Source: Convolutriloba macropyga (taxonomy: Eukaryota). Taken from it: a stretch of 64,000 nucleotides of DNA. Positions within the stretch are counted from its first letter, which is position 1. The number at the start of each line of letters is the position of its first letter. The notes under the pieces are model-generated. The model saw nothing but the letters and a program-made list of their open reading frames with translations, had not been told where the DNA came from and did not search any database. The stretch lies in NCBI RefSeq assembly GCF_964194025.1, contig NC_134478.1, forward strand, positions 30,380,001 to 30,444,000, in the 5' to 3' direction. Shown piece after piece: positions 62,826 through 64,000 of the stretch. A program made the translations under genes and the position numbers.

Positions 62826-64000
62826 AGTCCATTGCCTTATAAGGGATCAATTACAGGGGAAAAAGTGGTCTAAAATAACGGACATACGTTTTGTTTGATA
62901 CAGGGGTAAGAAAAAATGATTTCTACGGGGCCAGAGCCTTCAAATCGAGACGAACCCCTATTTTTTATTTCAAATTGATCTTTTTTGCTTTAAGTCAAAG
63001 CCTTTGGCCCCTCCATTTTTTTCAAAACAACTCCTCATCCACGGGATAATTAACAATTCTGCCTGTGAACGGCTTGGAGAAGATTGTTATCACAATATAA
63101 TAAAAATTAAGTGATTTAGAGTTGCAAAATCCGGAGTTTTTTTAAAAAAATTTTGCGGATTTCTCTAATTCCATCGCCTGTTTAGGGATTAATTACCGGA
63201 AACAAACATGGGTTTAAAATAACGGACACAAAATGAGATTTCTCGGGGGGTCAAAAAAATAGGGGATCATCCCGAGTTGAAGGCCAGAGCCCTCAACTCG
63301 AGATGATCTCCTGTTTTTTTTTTTCAAATTGATTTTTTTGCTTAAAGTCAAAGTCTTTGGCCGCTCCATTTTTTTCAAAACACCTCTTCATCCTTGCGAT
63401 AGTTAAAAAATCTGTCTGTGAACGGCTTGGAGAAGATTGGTATCACAATATAATAAAAATTAAGTGTTTTAGAGTTGCGAAATCCGGACTTTTTGAAAAA
63501 TTTTTTGCGGATTTCAATTTTCTCTTAGTCCATCGCCTGTTTTGGGATTAATTACCGGAAACAAACATGCGCTTAAAAAAACGGACATAAAGTGGGATTT
63601 CTCGCGGGGTCAAATAAAAATAAGGGATCATTCCGAGTTGAGGGCCAGAGCCCTCAACTCGAGATGACCCCCTATTTTTTTTTCAAATTGATTTTTTTTG
63701 CTTAAAGTCAAAGTCTTTGGCCGCTCCATTTTTTTCAAAACAACTCCTCATCCACGGGTTAGTTAACAATTCTGCCTGTGAACGGCTTGGAGAAGATTGT
63801 TATCACAATATAATAAAAAATAAGTGATTTAGAGTTGCAAAATCCGGAGTTTTTTTTAAAAAAATTTGCGGATTTCAATTTTCTCTAATTCCATCGCCTG
63901 TTTAAGATTAATTACCGGAAACAAACATGGGTTTAAAATAACGGACACAAAATGAGATTTCTCGGGGGGTCAAAAAAATAGGGGATCATCCCGAGTTGAA
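62826..64000 (+). repeat. ~360-bp tandem satellite (>=3.3 units, continues past window)
   Basis: CCAT(C/T)GCCT unit marker at 62829, 63171, 63530 and 63891. Confidence 0.93.

Overview
AT-rich, intron-containing eukaryotic (invertebrate animal-like) DNA; the species cannot be determined from the sequence. Host genes, all on the minus strand: 5' exons of an EXD2/WRN-type DEDDy 3'-5' exonuclease (~6.7-7.3 kb), and a tightly packed co-directional trio at 38.0-44.5 kb (unknown coiled-coil gene, intronless PPCDC, three-exon DDAH homologue lacking all three catalytic residues). Most of 1-32 kb consists of two families of non-autonomous Helentron-like (HINE/DINE-1-type) elements, two tandem duplications and several foldbacks. 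A G-rich ~53-bp minisatellite lies at 33.5-36.6 kb and a hairpin-containing ~360-bp satellite at the right end. 45-61 kb is a cluster of CR1/L2-group LINEs. The best candidate for a new system is their architecture: three divergent elements each carry a stand-alone SGNH-esterase-like ORF0, a PHD-finger ORF1, and an APE-RT ORF2 that begins right after ORF1's TGA-CTA(G) stop. In the best-preserved copy ORF2 is in frame with ORF1 and has no usable AUG, which points to programmed stop-codon readthrough producing an ORF1-ORF2 fusion. All alignments and exon joins were made by eye; no database searches were run.
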